A DNA stretch of 64,000 nt, taken from assembly GCA_023818695.1 (NCBI GenBank), contig JAMWCF010000001.1:211306-275305 (forward strand). Direction: 5' to 3'. The stretch is from Candidatus Omnitrophota bacterium. Its GTDB lineage: Bacteria; Omnitrophota; Gorgyraeia; 1-14-0-20-64-10. This document shows, one piece after another, positions 1 to 9,334 of this stretch (positions are counted from its first letter, which is position 1; each line of letters starts with the position of its first letter). The notes beneath the pieces are model-generated. The model ran no database searches. It saw nothing but the letters and a program-made list of their open reading frames with translations, and was not told the DNA's origin. The position numbers and the translations under genes were made by a program.

Positions 1-1
1 C

Positions 2-601
2 CCGGCGGAGAATTTCGGGGTCCGGGTGATGTCGATGGGGTTCCTCATAGGGCCGGAGGAGGCAGTTGTCTGGCGGGGGCCGATGCTTCACGGTGCGGTC
101 AACAAGTTTCTCAAGGAGGTGCTTTGGGGGGAGCTGGATTACCTGATCGTCGATCTGCCTCCCGGAACAGGAGACGTCCAACTTTCTCTCGCACAGTCGA
201 TTCCTCTTTCCGGTGCCTTGATCGTTACCACTCCGCAGGATGTGGCTCTTCAGGATGTCCGGCGGGCGATCTCCATGTTCGAGAAGCTGAAGGTTCCCAT
301 CCTCGGCATTGTGGAGAACATGTCCTCCTTTTTCTGCCCCCATTGCGGGAAAGAGACCGAGATCTTTTCTAAAGGAGGCGGGCAGAGGGCGGCCGAATCG
401 GCCGGCGTCCCGTTCCTTGGGAAGATCCCGCTGCTGCTGGATGTGCGGATCGGATCCGATACGGGCCACCCGGTGGTGCTGACCCACCCGGACTCCCCGG
501 CCTCGATCGCTTTGTGGGAAACGGCTCAAAACCTCGCGGCTCAACTGTCGATCCTGGCCCAAAAAGAGCAGGAGCGATTTAAAGAGGTATGGAAGGTTTA
601 A
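2..601 (+). CDS. mrp: Mrp/ApbC/NBP35-family Fe-S cluster carrier ATPase, 5'-truncated by the window edge
   Basis: The frame is open from the window edge. Motifs DYLIVDLPPGTGD and CPHCG are present, with typical Mrp C-terminal architecture. Confidence 0.85.
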   Translation, partial: PAENFGVRVMSMGFLIGPEEAVVWRGPMLHGAVNKFLKEVLWGELDYLIVDLPPGTGDVQLSLAQSIPLSGALIVTTPQDVALQDVRRAISMFEKLKVPILGIVENMSSFFCPHCGKETEIFSKGGGQRAAESAGVPFLGKIPLLLDVRIGSDTGHPVVLTHPDSPASIALWETAQNLAAQLSILAQKEQERFKEVWKV

Positions 602-831
602 AAGCGGATCATATCCTCGACTGCTACGGCCTCCTGTGCCCCCTGCCGGTGCGGAAGACCGCGCAGGCCCTCAAGGAGATTCGAGCGGGGCAGATCCTCG
701 AGGTGATCGCCACCGATGAGTGGTTTGGCCCGGACTTGGAAGCATGGCTTCGCCATCAACCCCATCGCCTGCTGGCCTTCCATCGGACAGGAACCGAATA
801 TCACGCCCTGCTCCAGAAAAGGACCCCCTAG
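589..831 (+). CDS. TusA/SirA-family sulfurtransferase-like protein
   Basis: 80 aa with the family signature LDCYGLLCPLPV (CPxP active-site Cys). It overlaps the mrp stop. Confidence 0.75.
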   Translation: MEGLKADHILDCYGLLCPLPVRKTAQALKEIRAGQILEVIATDEWFGPDLEAWLRHQPHRLLAFHRTGTEYHALLQKRTP

Positions 832-847
832 GTACCGCTGTTATCGC

Positions 848-874
848 CACCGGGGGAACCCCTGTGTCATTTTT
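848..874 (+). terminator. Candidate intrinsic terminator after the tusA-like gene
   Basis: Hairpin cac-c-gggg/gaa/cccc-t-gtg (848-866) followed by a T5 run at 870-874. Confidence 0.5.
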
Positions 875-970
875 GTATAAGCGACTTTATGCCAGCAATT
901 AAAAGAAATTAAATTATGGTTTCCTGTTGATTGTAGAATAAAAAACAGCCACACTTAAAACGGAAACACG

Positions 971-1044
971 AAAAGGCACGGGGAAAATCCCCACGCAAAG
1001 CTACGGGTCGAATTCGCACAGATCGATCGCCGGGCTGCCGAAAG
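971..1044 (+). promoter_or_regulatory. Candidate c-di-GMP-I (GEMM-I) riboswitch aptamer
   Basis: In order: GGCA (975-978), hairpin 980-983/989-992, ACGCAAAGC (993-1001), hairpin 1006-1011/1023-1028, GCCGGGCUGCCGA (1029-1041). GGCA can pair with UGCC (1036-1039). The order and sequence match my recollection of GEMM-I conserved segments. This was not verified with a covariance model. Confidence 0.5.
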
Positions 1045-1081
1045 TCACAAAAGAATAGAAAATCGGCAGCCCGATTTTTTT
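1031..1081 (+). terminator. Intrinsic terminator whose 5' arm overlaps the 3' side of the putative aptamer
   Basis: Perfect 11-bp stem, cgggctgccga (1031-1041) with tcggcagcccg (1063-1073), followed by a T7 run at 1075-1081. It lies 40 nt upstream of the ATG at 1122. Confidence 0.7.
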
Positions 1082-1121
1082 ATCCACTTGGTTTGGGCTT
1101 TAAAAAGCGAGGAGAAAACCA

Positions 1122-3842
1122 ATGAGTGCACGCAAAGCGGTTGCTTGGATATTGATGGGATGCATCTGGAACTGCGCGGTACCGGTACACGCCGGGACCT
1201 TTGACCTCCGCGAAGGGGATATCAGCGTGATCCCCTCTGGGTCCGACGGAGTGAAGCCGGACGAAACACATCCCGCCTTCGCCGTTATGGCGATCCAGGA
1301 CGCCGTAATGAACCAGATGCCCGATCCCGTCTCCATAGAGGATGAAGTCTTCTGGAAGGCGGCAACACAGGCCGTCGCGGCATTCCTGCACGTGGATCCC
1401 GCCGAGATTCAGTCCATCCATGTTCCGTTTCCCGGGATTGAGCACTCGCCGGTCGATGTGGAGATGCATGACGGGCGCCATTTTATCGGCGAACTCTCCA
1501 GTTCGATGATGGTGACCGATCCGGCCCCCTATGATATGCCGAGCTACATTTCCTATGAGGTCCGGGTTCATTTTCTCATCGATTCCAACGCCGGCATCGG
1601 GACAATCCATAATATCGCCGGCTACCTGGGGATTTCATCAGAAGAGATTGCCGGCATTCGGGTGTCGGATGTCCAGATCGCCGTTTATCCGCCGCCTCCG
1701 CTGGATGTCACTGTTACTTTGAAAGACGGCGCGGAGTACACCGGCACCCTGTCGCCCGCCTACTTTGTCGGCCCCCGGACCGACGGCACCGTTCAGATGA
1801 CCGACGCCCTCGGCTACCTGATCTACCGGGTGGACTATTTGGAGGTTGTCGGCCCGGATGAAATCCCGTATGCGCGGCTGATTGCTGAATATCTCGGGAT
1901 TTCCGCGGACCAGATCGAATCGGTGGATGTGACAGTTGTCAACCCCGGGGACAAGATGTCTCCCCTGCATGTGCAGGTGAAGACCAAGGACGGCAAGGAA
2001 TACGCCGGCCAGTTGGTCGCCATCGGGATTGCCATCCACCCGCCAGGCGATAAGAACGGCGTGGGACCGGATACGGTCTTCTACGGGGTGGACTGGCTGA
2101 TCGAGTCCAACATCAATGCCGGCGGCGTCATGGCCATCGCCGAGCATCTGGAGGTGGATGTCCGTGAGATCTCTTCTGTCCGGATGTCCTGGGACGATTT
2201 TGCCGCGGAGGTCCGTCTGCGCGACGGCAGCAGGTTCATCGGTCAGCTTGTGGTCGGCGTCGTCGATTATTTTCAGGGAAATGACGGCGGATATTTCTAT
2301 GGAGTTGATTGGTTTGTTCGGGTATCCGGCAACATGGGAGTCGGATTCGGAACGGTTCAAAACATCGCCGGATTCCTGGGGATAAATGCTTCGGAGATCG
2401 CCTCGGTTGAAACGCCGGAACTGATGATCGCTGTTTGGCCGCCGCCGAAGTTGCCGGTCGCGGTGATCCTCCGAAGCGGTGCTGAATACAAAGGAGAGCT
2501 GTTCTACCCATACTACCGGTACGATCAGCCCGCTCTGACCGTAGTAGAAGGAGACCCGGGGGATATGTGGTGGCCGTATCCGGTGGACAGTTTGGGCTAT
2601 GTCATCCTGGAGGTTTCCTTCCTGCAGCCGGCCAGCCCGTATGCCGACCTGATCGCCGAATACCTGGGAATCAGCGCGGATCGGATTGAGGCGGTGGAAG
2701 TGACGCCCGTTTATCCCCGAGACCCCATGTCACCGTTGGACGTGCGGGCGAAGACCACGGATGGCAAGCTATACGTCGGGCGGCTTATCGTTGTCGGAAC
2801 AGCTATCCATGCGCCGGGAGACCCGGTTAACGGGGTAGGGCCGGACACCGTTTTCTACGGCGTGGATTGGCTGGTGGAATCCAACCTTGAGGCTGACGCT
2901 ATCTTGACGATCGCCGATTATTTGAAAATTGATGTCGATAGTCTCGTCTCTGTTATAGGTGCGAGAGGAGCCCCCCTTTCCGTGGAGGTTCGCACTGCTG
3001 ACGGTAAGACTTTTGTCGGGAACCTGGCCATCCTTGTTGTCGACTATCTCGATGGGATATCTGATGAATTCTACTTTGTGGACTGGCTGGTGGAGTCGGC
3101 GGTCGGCATCGGAACTGTCAGAAATATCGCTGCTCACCTCGGTATCCAGCCGCGGGATTTGGCTCTTATCACCGGTTCCTTTCCCCGCATTCTGAATGCC
3201 GCCGCCACCATTCAGGTGATCCTGAAGGATGGCCGGAGATTTATCGGCCGCATTTCATCCCATAACAACGGGGAAATCGATGAGTTTGGAGATCCGGTTT
3301 ACAGGGTGGTTTTTCTGATCCAAACAAATCTGGATATGGAATCGGTGGCGAGAATCGCCGTTTTCCTCGGCATCGGAGATGACAGGATATCCTCTATTCA
3401 TACGGAGGCGGCGTTCGGAGGGTTAGCGACGGAAGTCAACTTGAGGGAGGGGGCCCGTTTCATCGGGATTCTTTTCTCAAGCGACGGCGGATTCTCTTAC
3501 AAGGTAAGCTGGTTGGTGAGCGTGCCGACAGAGATCGGGGTCAGCACAGTGAAGAACATAGCGGCAGCCATCGGCGTCGGTCCGGAGAGGTTCAGTGCTA
3601 TCACCATAGAGAGCAGGACCTCGACGGGTCATCTGGTCATGCGTGTTCGGTTTTTTGACGGCACGCTTTACAGGGCCAAGCTTGCGCCGAGAGCGCGGCT
3701 CCGGGAGTACTTCGGCACAGCCGTCTGGAACGTCACTGCGCTTTGGAAACAGCATTTCAGAAAAAACGGTTCCTGGGTCTGGTGGCGGATTTTATTAAAT
3801 CCGTTTCCGGTTGTATCACCCGCCTCCCATCCGATACAATGA
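1122..3842 (+). CDS. Secreted tandem-repeat protein, uncharacterised family
   Basis: 906-aa ORF with SD gaggag upstream. N-terminal signal peptide (cleavage around VHA/G). About 10 copies of a module with the pattern IAxxLGIxxxxIxSV ... V.V..DG..Y.G.L ... Y.VDWL. Confidence 0.85.
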   Translation: MSARKAVAWILMGCIWNCAVPVHAGTFDLREGDISVIPSGSDGVKPDETHPAFAVMAIQDAVMNQMPDPVSIEDEVFWKAATQAVAAFLHVDPAEIQSIHVPFPGIEHSPVDVEMHDGRHFIGELSSSMMVTDPAPYDMPSYISYEVRVHFLIDSNAGIGTIHNIAGYLGISSEEIAGIRVSDVQIAVYPPPPLDVTVTLKDGAEYTGTLSPAYFVGPRTDGTVQMTDALGYLIYRVDYLEVVGPDEIPYARLIAEYLGISADQIESVDVTVVNPGDKMSPLHVQVKTKDGKEYAGQLVAIGIAIHPPGDKNGVGPDTVFYGVDWLIESNINAGGVMAIAEHLEVDVREISSVRMSWDDFAAEVRLRDGSRFIGQLVVGVVDYFQGNDGGYFYGVDWFVRVSGNMGVGFGTVQNIAGFLGINASEIASVETPELMIAVWPPPKLPVAVILRSGAEYKGELFYPYYRYDQPALTVVEGDPGDMWWPYPVDSLGYVILEVSFLQPASPYADLIAEYLGISADRIEAVEVTPVYPRDPMSPLDVRAKTTDGKLYVGRLIVVGTAIHAPGDPVNGVGPDTVFYGVDWLVESNLEADAILTIADYLKIDVDSLVSVIGARGAPLSVEVRTADGKTFVGNLAILVVDYLDGISDEFYFVDWLVESAVGIGTVRNIAAHLGIQPRDLALITGSFPRILNAAATIQVILKDGRRFIGRISSHNNGEIDEFGDPVYRVVFLIQTNLDMESVARIAVFLGIGDDRISSIHTEAAFGGLATEVNLREGARFIGILFSSDGGFSYKVSWLVSVPTEIGVSTVKNIAAAIGVGPERFSAITIESRTSTGHLVMRVRFFDGTLYRAKLAPRARLREYFGTAVWNVTALWKQHFRKNGSWVWWRILLNPFPVVSPASHPIQ
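1593..3103 (+). repeat. Two tandem ~750-760-nt intragenic super-repeats (1593-2342 and 2343-3103), each encoding three modules
   Basis: Collinear protein and DNA similarity. For example, 1866-2112 and 2637-2885 encode PYARLIAEYLGISADQIESVDV...FYGVDWLIESN and PYADLIAEYLGISADRIEAVEV...FYGVDWLVESN. A third, more diverged copy follows from 3104. Confidence 0.8.
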
Positions 3843-3861
3843 GGGGTGACGGTAAACTCTT

Positions 3862-4674
3862 TTGTCCGGGGAAACCGCATCTCACAATCCAAGCCAGCCA
3901 AGTCGGCGCATCTATATCGACGTCGGGGGCCAGACCTGCCCGACGAAGGGTTCCGCACTCTTTCTAGAGAAGCTGAAGGCCGCCGTGCGCGAGGCCGGCT
4001 TGGAGGGGAGCGTGGAGGTGATCCCCAGAGGGTGTTTCGGACTGTGTCGACTGGCTCCGAACCTGTATGTAGAACCCGACGATGTCTGGTACTCGAAGTT
4101 CACGCTGCGGGACGTTTCAGTCATCGTCCGCCAGCATCTTCGCGAGGGCAGACCGGTCAAGCGCTTGATTCATTATCCGGATCAGGATAAAAAGGGAGGT
4201 GGCGTCATGACGCAGGTAGCGGCAGCGCGGGAAATTGAAGTGGGCGAGGCGGCGCCGGATTTTACGTTGAAGGATGAGGGGGGAAACCCGGTGACCCTCT
4301 CCAGTTTCCATGGAAAGAAAAACGTGGTCCTTCTGTTCTATCCTTTCGACTGGAGCCCGGTCTGCACGACCGAGAATTGCGCGGTCAACGACGATCTGCC
4401 GAAATTCGATTCGAAAGAAACGACCGTACTCGGCATCAGCTGCGATTCCCATTTTTGTCACCGGGCATGGAAGGAGAAAATGGGCTTCAAGCACACCCTT
4501 TTGAGCGACCAGCTTCGTGAGGTGTCGAAAAAGTACGGCCTTTACCTGCCGGACCTGAACTGCTCCAAGCGGGCGACGGTGGTCGTCAACAAAGAGGGAA
4601 AGGTCACCTATAAGAAGGTCCAGGAGCTCAAGACCGCCCGCAGCACCAGCGAGATCCTTTCCGCTCTGCGCTAG
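3862..4674 (+). CDS. Fusion of a thioredoxin-like [2Fe-2S] ferredoxin domain and a peroxiredoxin (AhpC/TSA, Bcp-like)
   Basis: TTG start. The N-terminal domain has GCFGLCRLAP and VWY...HL.EGRPVKRL, typical of thioredoxin-like ferredoxins. The C-terminal domain has PDFTL...VLLFYPFDWSPVCTTE. An internal SD-plus-ATG lies at 4207. Confidence 0.75.
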   Translation: MSGETASHNPSQPSRRIYIDVGGQTCPTKGSALFLEKLKAAVREAGLEGSVEVIPRGCFGLCRLAPNLYVEPDDVWYSKFTLRDVSVIVRQHLREGRPVKRLIHYPDQDKKGGGVMTQVAAAREIEVGEAAPDFTLKDEGGNPVTLSSFHGKKNVVLLFYPFDWSPVCTTENCAVNDDLPKFDSKETTVLGISCDSHFCHRAWKEKMGFKHTLLSDQLREVSKKYGLYLPDLNCSKRATVVVNKEGKVTYKKVQELKTARSTSEILSALR

Positions 4675-4689
4675 GCCAGGAACTCCCGC

Positions 4690-6909
4690 ATGACAAGGAA
4701 AGCGTTGGCCCTCGCGGCCGCGTGCGCAGCGGCGTTTATCTGCGGCTGCCGCGGTTCACCACCGGCTTCTGCCGATAGAAAACAGGTTGTGATGAACCGA
4801 CTCAATAACTCGACAAGCGCGTATCTGCGGTCCGCCGCTGACCAGCCGGTCGGCTGGTACGAATGGTCCGATGAGGCCTTCGCCGCCGCCAGGGAGCAAA
4901 ATAAGCCGGTCCTCCTGGACATCGGGGCCGTTTGGTGCCACTGGTGCCATGTGATTGACCGGGAATCGTATGAAAACCAGGCGATCGCCGAGATCATCAA
5001 CAGGGAATTCATCCCGATCAAGGTGGACGTGGATGTTCGGCCGGACATCGACCGCCGCTATCAGGAAGTGGTCCAGGCGATGACCGGCCACGGCGGTTGG
5101 CCCCTGACAGTCTTTTTGACCCCCGATGGCCAGGTGATCTACGGCGGGACCTATTTCCCTCCGGAGGACCGGATGGGGATGCCCGGCATGAAAACGATTT
5201 TAAACCGCGTGGCTGAGGTTTACCGAACTCAGACGAAAGAGGTTACGGCCCAAGCGCACAGGATTCATCAGGAAATCGCGCAGTTCGCCGCCGAGCAGAT
5301 CGAATCCGGCGATCTGGCCATCGATCTGGTCTCCCAGATTCTCGATGATTCCCTGAAAGGATTTGATCCTGAACAGGGAGGATTCGGGCAGGCCCCTAAA
5401 TTCCCGGCCCCGACCCTGCTGGAATTGCTGCTGCGCAGGGCTGTCGTGACCGGCGACAAGAAATATCTCGACGCAGCGACCCGGACGCTGGACGCCATCG
5501 CGGCCGGCGGCATCCGGGACCAGTTGGGAGGCGCCATCCACCGTTATTCAACGGACCGCTCCTGGAGGGTTCCGCACTTCGAGGTCATGCTTTATCTCAA
5601 CGGCGAACTGTTGAAGGTCTATTCGCTGGCGTACCAGATCACCGGTTCAAAGCGGTATGAAGAGGTCGTCCGAGGGCTTCTCGGCTACGTCAAGGGGACC
5701 CTTTCCGATCAGAGCAGAGGGGGGTTTTACGGAAGCCAGGATGCCGATTACTCCCTGGAGGACGACGGGGATTATTGGACCTGGACCGTTCAGGAGGCGA
5801 AAGCCGCGCTGACGCAGGAGGATTTTCCGGTCCTGGCCCGCTATTACGGGATCGAAGAGCAGGGGGAGATGCGGGAGAATCCCGCCAAGAACGTCCTTTA
5901 TGAAGCGGTTTCCAAGGAACGGCTGGTTCAGGAAACGGGTCAATCGATCGAGAAAATAGAGGCAACCATCCAGCGGGGCAGGCAGGCGATGCTGGCCGCC
6001 AGGGAGAAACGGCAACGGCCATTCGTCGACAAAACGATCTACACGAACTGGAACGCCTTAATGGTTTCCGGTTTTCTGGCCGCCTCCGTCGCCCTGGATG
6101 AGGAGGAACCCAAGACCTTCGCATTGAGAACGCTCAACCGGATATGGAAGGAGGGCACCGATTCACATGGCCGGCTTTATCACGTGATCCAGGAGGAGGG
6201 GCATTCGGTGAAGGGGTTCCTGGAAGATTACGCGTATCTGGCCAACGCTTTCCTGGATGCCTTTGAGGTCACCCAGCAGCCGGTCTACCTTGAGCGGGCG
6301 AAATCGCTGGCTGACCGGATGGTGGCCCTCTTCGGCGACAATGAAAAGGGTGGTTTTTTTGACGGGGAACTCCCCGAGGGCGGGATTGCCGTCCTGCAGA
6401 CCAGGCGCAAGCCGATTCAGGACGCTCCCACCCCGGCGGGCAACGGTATCGCCGCTCTTGTCATGTCCCGGCTCTTCCATTACACTAACGAGAATATTTA
6501 TTCCCAGGTCGCGGCGGACACGCTGCGCTCCTACGCAAAGACGGCAGGTGAATACGCTCTTTTCGCAGCCAGTTTCGGCATTGCGCTGGAGTCATACGCG
6601 GAGGAGCCGCTTCATGTGGTGCTGGTGGGGTCCGATCAGGATCCTAAGAAAGGATCTCTCTTGAAAGCGGTCTGGGCCGCCGGGCGGCCCCACAAAACTG
6701 TGAGGGTCATCTCTTCGGGTCAGGCGCCTGGGGACCTGCCTGAAGCACTGGAGGTATTGGTCAAAAACGTCGGGATGAGAAAGGAATCAACCGTCTTCAT
6801 CTGTTCCGGGTCCAGCTGCGCGCAGCCGACCTCGGATCCTCTTCAGGTCAAGCGCCTGATGGAATCTTTCGGTCTGTCCGGATCGGGGGCGGTGCATGGC
6901 AGGCGGTAA
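4690..6909 (+). CDS. YyaL/DUF255 thioredoxin-domain protein (SSP411-like), probable lipoprotein or exported protein
   Basis: Signal or lipobox-like N-terminus (AAFICGC). Motif [16 protein letters not shown]...[14 protein letters not shown], followed by a long alpha-toroid-like C-terminal region. Confidence 0.8.
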   Translation: MTRKALALAAACAAAFICGCRGSPPASADRKQVVMNRLNNSTSAYLRSAADQPVGWYEWSDEAFAAAREQNKPVLLDIGAVWCHWCHVIDRESYENQAIAEIINREFIPIKVDVDVRPDIDRRYQEVVQAMTGHGGWPLTVFLTPDGQVIYGGTYFPPEDRMGMPGMKTILNRVAEVYRTQTKEVTAQAHRIHQEIAQFAAEQIESGDLAIDLVSQILDDSLKGFDPEQGGFGQAPKFPAPTLLELLLRRAVVTGDKKYLDAATRTLDAIAAGGIRDQLGGAIHRYSTDRSWRVPHFEVMLYLNGELLKVYSLAYQITGSKRYEEVVRGLLGYVKGTLSDQSRGGFYGSQDADYSLEDDGDYWTWTVQEAKAALTQEDFPVLARYYGIEEQGEMRENPAKNVLYEAVSKERLVQETGQSIEKIEATIQRGRQAMLAAREKRQRPFVDKTIYTNWNALMVSGFLAASVALDEEEPKTFALRTLNRIWKEGTDSHGRLYHVIQEEGHSVKGFLEDYAYLANAFLDAFEVTQQPVYLERAKSLADRMVALFGDNEKGGFFDGELPEGGIAVLQTRRKPIQDAPTPAGNGIAALVMSRLFHYTNENIYSQVAADTLRSYAKTAGEYALFAASFGIALESYAEEPLHVVLVGSDQDPKKGSLLKAVWAAGRPHKTVRVISSGQAPGDLPEALEVLVKNVGMRKESTVFICSGSSCAQPTSDPLQVKRLMESFGLSGSGAVHGRR

Positions 6910-9334
6910 GATTTTGTTGAACCCGACCGAGGAATCGGTGCTGGAGCAGGAGGTCCGCCGCCATGTCCTGATCACTCCGTGGGACAAGCTGATCGATCTG
7001 GTTGTCGACCCGGTCTACAACTGGGGCCGTCGGAATTCCCTGTGGCCCCTCCAGTTCGGACTGGCCTGCTGTGCCATCGAGATGATCTGCACCGCCGCCA
7101 GCCGCTACGACATAGCCCGTTTCGGAGCGGAGCTTTTCCGGGCCTCTCCCAGGCAGGCGGACCTGATGATCGTTTCCGGGACGGTCACCAAAAAGATGGT
7201 CCCGATGATCGTCCGTCTGTACGACCAGATGCCGGAGCCCAAGTATGTGATCTCCATGGGGGCCTGCGCCACCGCTGGTGGACCTTTCAAAGAGGGATAC
7301 AACGTTGTTTCCGGGATCGACAAATTTCTTCCCGTCGACGTTTACATCGCCGGCTGTCCCCCGACCCCGCAGGCCCTTCTGCACGCGCTGATCACCCTCC
7401 AGGAAAAGATCAGCCGCCAGTCGGTACGGGATGTGCGCTGGTACAAACCGGGTCCCGCGCATGAGATCCCGGTGCCGGTTCTGGGGCCGGATCTGATCGA
7501 TGTCCGCCGGACGGATGAGATCCGGGCCTGCGTCGCCCCGGTTTCCACCCCCGCTCCCCCCGCTTTCATTGCGGCGCCGAAATTGACGGCCGCAGCGGCT
7601 GATGGAGCTTCTGTGAGAGCTGTGGAAGTAGCCTCCCGCCTCAATGAAGCCATCGGGGCAGGAGGTGCTGTGCCGTCCGGGCAGTCTGTGGTAGTGGATC
7701 CCGAACTGCTGGACAAAGCAGGCAGATACCTGAAGCTTCAACCGGACCTGAATTACGATTACCTCGCCAATCTGACCTGCGTTGACTACCAGGACTGCTA
7801 CGAGCTTGTCTATCACCTCTATTCCATCGGCCGGCCTTCGTCAGACCCCCTGTGCCTGAAAGCCAGGGCCGACAAGAGGAACCCGCACGCCATCTCCCTG
7901 ACGGGGGTATGGCCCGGCGCCGACCTTCAGGAGAGGGAAGTGTGGGACCTGTACGGCGTTCGGTTCCACGGGCATCCGAACCTGAAACGAGTCCTGATGT
8001 GGGAAGGGTTTGAAGGGCACCCGATGCGTCGGGATTACCTGGAGCCGTATTATGAGGCCGCTGGGAAAATCTTTCCGAGCCGCTGGAAGGAAGGGCGCCA
8101 TCAAAGGGCGGAGGAAAGGGTTCCCCTGGGGGACAACGTGAAATACCCGCCCGGTTTCGATCCCTCGGCGTACCGCCCCCAGCCGGAGCTGTTTAAGCCG
8201 GTCACTTCGAAATCAGTAGACCGGCTGAAGACCGACATGATCGCCGTCAATCTCGGTCCCCAGCATCCCTCCACACACGGCGTTTTTAGAATGCGTGTCG
8301 TCCTGGACGGGGAAAGGATCCGGGCGCTGGAGCCGGTGATGGGCTACATGCACCGCAACCACGAAAAGATCGGCGAACGAAACACCTACATCATGAACTT
8401 CCCCTACACCGACCGGCTTGATTACATCTGCTCCATGTCCAATAACCTGGGCTACGCCGTGACCGTGGAGAAGATGATGGGGGTCAAGCCCTCCGAACGG
8501 GCGGAGTACATCCGGGTCATCATGGCGGAGCTGACCCGCTTAGTCAACCATTTCTGGTCCATCGGGTTTCTCCTGAACGACCTGGGCGCCTTCTTCACCC
8601 CGGCCCTGTATGCCATTGAAGAGAGGGAGTTGATCCTCGATCTGTTTGAAATGGCGGCCGGCTCCCGAATGATGTGCAATTACATGCGGTTCGGTGGTGT
8701 GGCGGCGGATTTGCCGGAAGAGTTTCTTCCCATGGCCGACCGACTCGTCCGAGAGCGCCTGCCCAGGGCCATCGAGACGCTGGATGGCTATCTCACCAGG
8801 AACGATATTCTGCTGGACCGATGCAAGGGGGTCGGCATACTTCCAAAAGACGCAGCCGTCGCTTTTTCCGCAGCCGGGCCGGTTCTTCGGGGTTCCGGCG
8901 TGGCGTACGATGTCCGGCGGGCCGAACCGTATTCCATCTATGACCGCTTCAAGTTCGATATCCCCTCATTACCGGACGGAGACGTCTACGCCCGGTACAG
9001 GATCCGGATCGCCGAGATGCGGGAATCGCTGAAGATTCTCCAGCAGGCGATCCGGGAGATCCCCTCCGCCGCCGGGGAAGCGGAGCCGGCCAAGAAGCTC
9101 TGGAACATTCGGGTTCCCGCGGGCGAATACTACGGGCGGGTCGAGAACCCGAAAGGGGAACTTGGCTTCTACATCGTCAGCGACGGGACCGACCACCCGT
9201 ACCGTTACCACGTGCGGGCTCCTTCCTTTATCAATCTGACCGCGCTGGAACTGATGTGCAAGGGACATTTGGTGGCGGACGTGGTCGCCATCCTTGGATC
9301 GATCGATATCGTCCTGGGAGAGACAGACCGATGA
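6896..9334 (+). CDS. nuoBCD: Fused NADH:quinone oxidoreductase subunits B, C and D (NuoBCD)
   Basis: NuoB motifs ([28 protein letters not shown]), a NuoC-like segment (TCVDY...ERE.WDLYG..F.GHP) and NuoD motifs ([12 protein letters not shown]...), all in a single 812-aa ORF. Confidence 0.9.
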   Translation: MAGGKILLNPTEESVLEQEVRRHVLITPWDKLIDLVVDPVYNWGRRNSLWPLQFGLACCAIEMICTAASRYDIARFGAELFRASPRQADLMIVSGTVTKKMVPMIVRLYDQMPEPKYVISMGACATAGGPFKEGYNVVSGIDKFLPVDVYIAGCPPTPQALLHALITLQEKISRQSVRDVRWYKPGPAHEIPVPVLGPDLIDVRRTDEIRACVAPVSTPAPPAFIAAPKLTAAAADGASVRAVEVASRLNEAIGAGGAVPSGQSVVVDPELLDKAGRYLKLQPDLNYDYLANLTCVDYQDCYELVYHLYSIGRPSSDPLCLKARADKRNPHAISLTGVWPGADLQEREVWDLYGVRFHGHPNLKRVLMWEGFEGHPMRRDYLEPYYEAAGKIFPSRWKEGRHQRAEERVPLGDNVKYPPGFDPSAYRPQPELFKPVTSKSVDRLKTDMIAVNLGPQHPSTHGVFRMRVVLDGERIRALEPVMGYMHRNHEKIGERNTYIMNFPYTDRLDYICSMSNNLGYAVTVEKMMGVKPSERAEYIRVIMAELTRLVNHFWSIGFLLNDLGAFFTPALYAIEERELILDLFEMAAGSRMMCNYMRFGGVAADLPEEFLPMADRLVRERLPRAIETLDGYLTRNDILLDRCKGVGILPKDAAVAFSAAGPVLRGSGVAYDVRRAEPYSIYDRFKFDIPSLPDGDVYARYRIRIAEMRESLKILQQAIREIPSAAGEAEPAKKLWNIRVPAGEYYGRVENPKGELGFYIVSDGTDHPYRYHVRAPSFINLTALELMCKGHLVADVVAILGSIDIVLGETDR

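Noticed and set aside
909-939. A promoter for the riboswitch-like leader (TAGAAT at 934-939).
   Set aside because: The -10-like hexamer is good, but no convincing -35 (only AT-rich sequence) or properly spaced TG motif is present. A promoter is probably somewhere in 880-950, but I cannot place it.
3846-4190. Alternative-frame ORFs overlapping the start of the ferredoxin-peroxiredoxin gene (3846-4190 and 3743-3967).
   Set aside because: Their translations are Arg/Gly-rich with no motifs. The 3862 frame carries clear ferredoxin and peroxiredoxin signatures.
6848-7816. Long minus-strand ORFs: 6848-7816, 14934-15791, 27779-28714, 29380-30339, 36272-37423, 41514-42566, 45326-46267 and 49170-50012, among others.
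   Set aside because: Each lies antisense to a + strand gene with clear family motifs. Their translations are Arg/Pro/Gly-rich low-complexity sequence, typical of shadow ORFs in GC-rich DNA, and no motifs are recognisable.
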